Source: Takakia lepidozioides (lineage: Eukaryota > Plantae > Bryophyta). From it: a DNA stretch of 64,000 bases. A program made the position numbers and the translations under genes. Position 1 is the first letter of the stretch; every line of letters starts with the position of its first letter. The stretch is from contig CM060734.1 of assembly GCA_030704615.1 (NCBI GenBank), forward strand, positions 17,298,001 to 17,362,000, in the 5' to 3' direction. Shown here piece after piece: positions 59,501 to 64,000 of the stretch. The notes beneath the pieces are model-generated. The model was not told the origin of the DNA, ran no database searches, and saw only the letters and a program-made list of their open reading frames with translations.

Positions 59501-60449
59501 AGGGATGCCTCGGCGTGAGCCTGGTCACGTGAGCGCAACTGCGCTCACGCCACGTCACCTTGCGCAAATGCCACGTCACGGGGCTGACTCCACATCATCA
59601 CACGTGAAGGCCGCGTCATCACGCATCCAGAAAGAAGTGGAGTGTATTCCCGCGGATTGGCACCCTTTACCGCGGAAACAAGCTGGACGACATAATAAAA
59701 GGCATTGAATAAAGGATGGATGAATGTACAGTTGGATGATAAACAGATGGATGAGTGTGAAAAATGAATGTAGATGGATGAATGAGGGATGGATAAGAGT
59801 AAAATGGATGAATGTATAATGGATGTTGAGCAATGACAAAAATTCATGACAGGAAGATGCATGACCAAATCTTTTGACGAATGCACAACGTATATGAAAT
59901 GAGTGTGGAAGGTTTGTGGGGTGGATTAAAGAGTACAGAGGATGAATGTACAATGGATGTTGTACAAAGGAAAAAATTCATGAATGGAGCACGCATGAAT
60001 ACAGTGTAGATGAATGCACAATGGATATGAGAAGAGTCAGGGAGGTTTGTGAGATGGATTCATACATATTGCAATTTAAACGAAAGTTGATTCTGTGATT
60101 ATTATTTGTTCTAAAGGAACAACTACGGTGGAGGAAGGGGATTCAACGTTTTCCAGATAATATGAAAATGAATATTAAAAGAATACAGTTCAGTCTGACT
60201 CAGAGTCAGTACAATGTATCCCCGCTTCCTCTGCATCTAAGTCTAAGTATTTTAGAACACCGGATCCACGCTGGATACACCTACGGCTGGCCACTAAAAA
60301 GTCAGGGGATAGGGACTCGGCCGCGTGAAGTGCCATTGCTTCGGCATAAACAGGAAGCAGAAAATTGGAAAGGGGGCTGTCGAAAACAGACTCGCCAGAA
60401 ATGACTGTATCTCATGAAGATCCACCGCTGCCTTTCCTGAAAGACAGCC

Positions 60450-63400
60450 TGAAAAAAGTTATTACTGTAACTTTGATGTTATCGAGAAATTGAGTATGAC
60501 TCCCAAAGAGGGTTTAGCACTTACTCACATGAAAAGTCGTTGTCGACCTGCTTATCTTCGGGATCGTCATCATTTCGAATTTGAATCCGATAAGTCTGTG
60601 TGCCTGAAGTGGAGCCAGACAAAAGGGGGAGGAGCACTGTGTTGTAGAGGTCAGAATCACCCTCCATGCCAAAAAGGCTTCTTCCGCCTGCCTTGCATGC
60701 ATGGTAAGTTGCTCCTACACCAGACAGGAGAACATGAACAGTTTGGAGGGGGGATTTAAGTAGATGAAACTGTTGAAAGGAAACCAATTCGGAAGGGAAA
60801 AAACGAACCTGTGGACACAGAAAGATCGACCACCCATGCAGAGCGGTGGCTGCATGACTCCAGCAGTATTTGCATGAACGCTGGTGACTTTTCTTTTGCA
60901 CCTCTCCAGGGAGTGCCATCTGGTCTCTTCAGAGTCTGACTGGACAGCATGAAGTTGTACAAAATGTCATCGACATGGGGCTCATAGGGGGGGTTGACGA
61001 AACAACCCTGGTCAGAAATCTCAAAGCTGCGGATGGAGGATGGTGTCTTTGAGGTGCGAATCGTCCGCAGGCAGATCGCCTCGAACATCCTCGTCTGCCA
61101 AAGATAGCAGGTTAGTGTGGTAAACACAATCTATAGTGGAAGTGTGTACATCGGCTATTCAGAACTCAGACACCAAAAAATCATGGATCGGTGATGATCG
61201 GTGTCGATCATAACACATTCTACTAGAGTGGAGCTGCAGAGAAAATTGAAACTCATGATCAAAGCATAAGCAGAAGGGAGACGGCATACCAGCTGACCAG
61301 GGAAACCCCCTTTCACAAGATAGAGGCTGTTCACACAATTCCATGTGCGCAAAACTTCAAACCCTGAAGACTTGAGGTATGATGCCAATGCCCGACGACT
61401 ATCATTGTCACATGACTGAAAAAACAGAAGTGTCCCTGCATCAGAGAGGAAGTTGTTACAGAAGTCAAGGTACCACCCACAGTCTCTGAAGTGAGAAGGA
61501 CTCCAGTCCTTCAATATCCCTGCAGTATACATGGTTGGATCGTTTGCAGGGTCCGACCACATGTCAAGATAGTCGGGAATTCCGCTCAGGTGATTTCCTT
61601 CCATAAGCACATATTTCGTGTACTTGAAAAAAGGAGATAAATCCCAACCCACAAAAGCGCTCAGTGAGTAAGATGCAAGTAGAACAGAATGAAAAAAACA
61701 TAGATTGAAATGGCTCTGAGAACTGCTCCAAGGACCTTTTAGGACCACACTACTGCTCCAGATATAAATGTCGTCAACGCCATTCAGAACATTCCATTCA
61801 ATGATACTGTAAATACACCCTAATCCAGGTGAATGCAAATTATCGTTTAGGAATGACACAGACATAGAAGTGAATGTCGTCAACGACATTCACTAATGAA
61901 ACCAAATTATTACTTAAATGAAACAAAATCACAGGATGGAAATCAAAAAATCGAGTAAGGAACCCTCCAGGAAAACTCAATGCACATTCATAACGAACAT
62001 ATCACTGAGGACCTCACAACATCACTGTATGTGAATGGCGTCAACGCCATTCAGAAAAATACCAAAAAGAAACCAATTACTTAGCTCCCAATCCATGTAA
62101 ATTCAATTTGTCGTTGTTGAATAATACAGACACAACAGTGAATGTCGTCAACGACATTCACTTTGGATTTCTGATAACAGAGCTTATCAAGCCTCCAGAT
62201 TCCTCGCAAGAGGCAAAAACAATGCAGAACAACTGAATGTCTGCATTGACATTCAGCAAATGAAGTGAGGAACCCTCACTGTAACCTCTATGGACATTAC
62301 AAAAATTTACATAACTCTGAGGACCTCTCAACAACTCCGTATGTGAATGTCGTCAACGCCATTCAAGGACATTATCAATTCTAATCAGGGACAATATAAT
62401 TGCACCCTTAGATCCTAACCAGGTGAATTCATATACTCGCTTAAGAATGACTCAGACAAAGAAGTGAATGTCGTCAACGACATTCAATCTGGATCTAAGA
62501 TTGCAATCCATATGAAGCCACATTTTTTCCCAAAAAAAACAGTAGAGTTTCAAGTATGACATTGCACCTGTACACAACTCGCATCATGGCCCACTCTCCT
62601 CCAACCTGACTGTCAAAGTCGTTGGACCGTAAAATGTTACCATCTTTGGAGAACTCCCGGAAAAAACAGTATCTCCAGGTGAGACCTCTCCACTTCCTTA
62701 TGTATGCCTCCAATGACATTTGGGGAGGGGAAACAATCGAAATGTTCAGGTCCTTCAAAGTCTGATCCAGCACAATGACGTCGCGCTTTTCGAGCTGCAA
62801 ATAGTATATTTGTCAGAATTGCAAATAAGATACTCATCACATACTTGAAGAGAAGAAAACAGCATGTTTGAATACACACCTGACTCCAAAATGTAGCCTT
62901 GTGGAGCCAGTTATCAAACACCAAATCACTGATTCCTTCCACCTTTATGCCAGGCTGTATGGTGCTCTTTGGGAACTGATTCAAGTCCTTTACTGTTTGA
63001 TCTGAGTTCCATATCTCCAGCCACCTTATTTTTGTTTGTGGGTCGACCATCAATATGGCCAGCCTGTGCAGTTTCTCCTGCTGCATCTCCGGATGCACAT
63101 GCTTGTCATAGTGTGTTTTGATCTGCTGAAGGAACTCAAGACCAAGTCCAGGATCTACTATTCTAAGCTGCTTTCCGAAGGCGGACATCAATTTGGTTCT
63201 TCGCATTTCAAACTCCTTCTTTATTGCAGCTTCCACACCCTTTGATGTCCTTAGTTCTTCTGGTGTAGTGCGGTAATATTCGGATTTTCCCTTCTCAGCT
63301 GCCTCTGCCAGTTCTTGCTGCATTGATTCAAGTAGTGATTAGCTCCGAAGGGACTACAAACATGTATTCGAAAAGTAAACAGAGTACAGACTCGGGCTTA

Positions 63401-64000
63401 CCGCATACATGTACTCCAGAAACGCCTCTCGTGTCAAAGAATACCAAGTGCCTGCAGCTCTTCCTGTTTCGCACTTCTTGATGATATTGGGTGGTAGCAC
63501 TGTCCGAAAATCATCCAGCTTCATCAGACCAATCCTCTGAATTCGGAATAGTGTGTGAACCAAGCTTGTTGTCACATGCGATTTCTCTATCGATCTGCAA
63601 AAACATTGGAAACATTGCATTCCTTAACACTGTTTTTTGAGGATTAATAAGACACTACAGACGGAATGAAATCTCCTAGATGACTTACTTATTCACGTCG
63701 TGCATAGCTGTAAGAAGCCTAGCGATGTCGTTTCCAGGATCCAAAACCATTGCCTCCACAGCAACATGCTTGTCTTTGTCTTTCGAATGGTGTTTCTGAA
63801 TGTATCCCATCCATGCCAGCAATCGGTGGTTGCCGTCCTAGACGTAGAACATGTGGTTGCAGAATTGCTGGGTGTTCTTTCCCATCATGAGGCCCAGCTC
63901 GAACTCCTCATTGGCATCTTTCCAGCACTCATCCCAGTTATCACTGATCTCTGGAGACACTAATGTGCTTTTCCCATTTATATCCGTCAGTGACACATAA
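60450..64000 (-). pseudogene. Diverged second ParB-methyltransferase-like gene (5' end outside the window)
   Basis: Manual translation of ~63690-63960 gives MFYV*DGNHRLLAWM...LLTAMHDVN. Also PWRGAKEKSPAFMQILLESCS...VVDLSVSTG|ATYHACKAGGRSLFGMEGD. Introns fall at the same codon positions as in 32495-38490. Confidence 0.75.
61785..62490. repeat. Dispersed palindromes GTGAATGTCGT-CA-ACGACATTCAC (about 6 copies or variants) in an intron
   Basis: Copies at ~61870, ~62138 and ~62464, with variants at ~61787, ~62031 and ~62343. Confidence 0.85.

Overview
Eukaryotic, heterochromatin-like nest of transposable elements. No host housekeeping gene, rRNA, tRNA or CRISPR array is recognisable. The host is probably a non-seed plant, inferred from the element types and GT-AG introns. 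Contents: (i) three copies of a Ty3/gypsy LTR family 'A' (1-4903 minus, ~7231-14494 minus, 18344-56565 plus); (ii) a near full-length gypsy element 'B' (18485-50379, minus) inside the 5' LTR of A copy 3, plus a B-like fragment; (iii) three copies of a non-coding TGTAGTGTGAA...TTCACACTACA element with 4-bp TSDs; (iv) a 1-kb non-autonomous CACTA element; (v) a LINE fragment with a chromodomain-like segment; (vi) Mutator-like (MULE) DNA transposons. The standout is a 13.8-kb TIR/TSD-bounded MULE (32274-46086). Divergently from its DDE-SWIM transposase it carries a spliced gene joining a ParB/Srx-like domain (DGNHR) to a bacterial-type beta-class N6A/N4C DNA methyltransferase-like domain, together with arrays of palindromic sites. 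A second partial copy starts at 56566. A diverged homologous gene with the same intron positions but a different intronic palindrome lies at ~60450-64000. Most ORFs are broken by stops or frameshifts, from decay and possibly assembly error. All domain calls are by eye and no searches were run.
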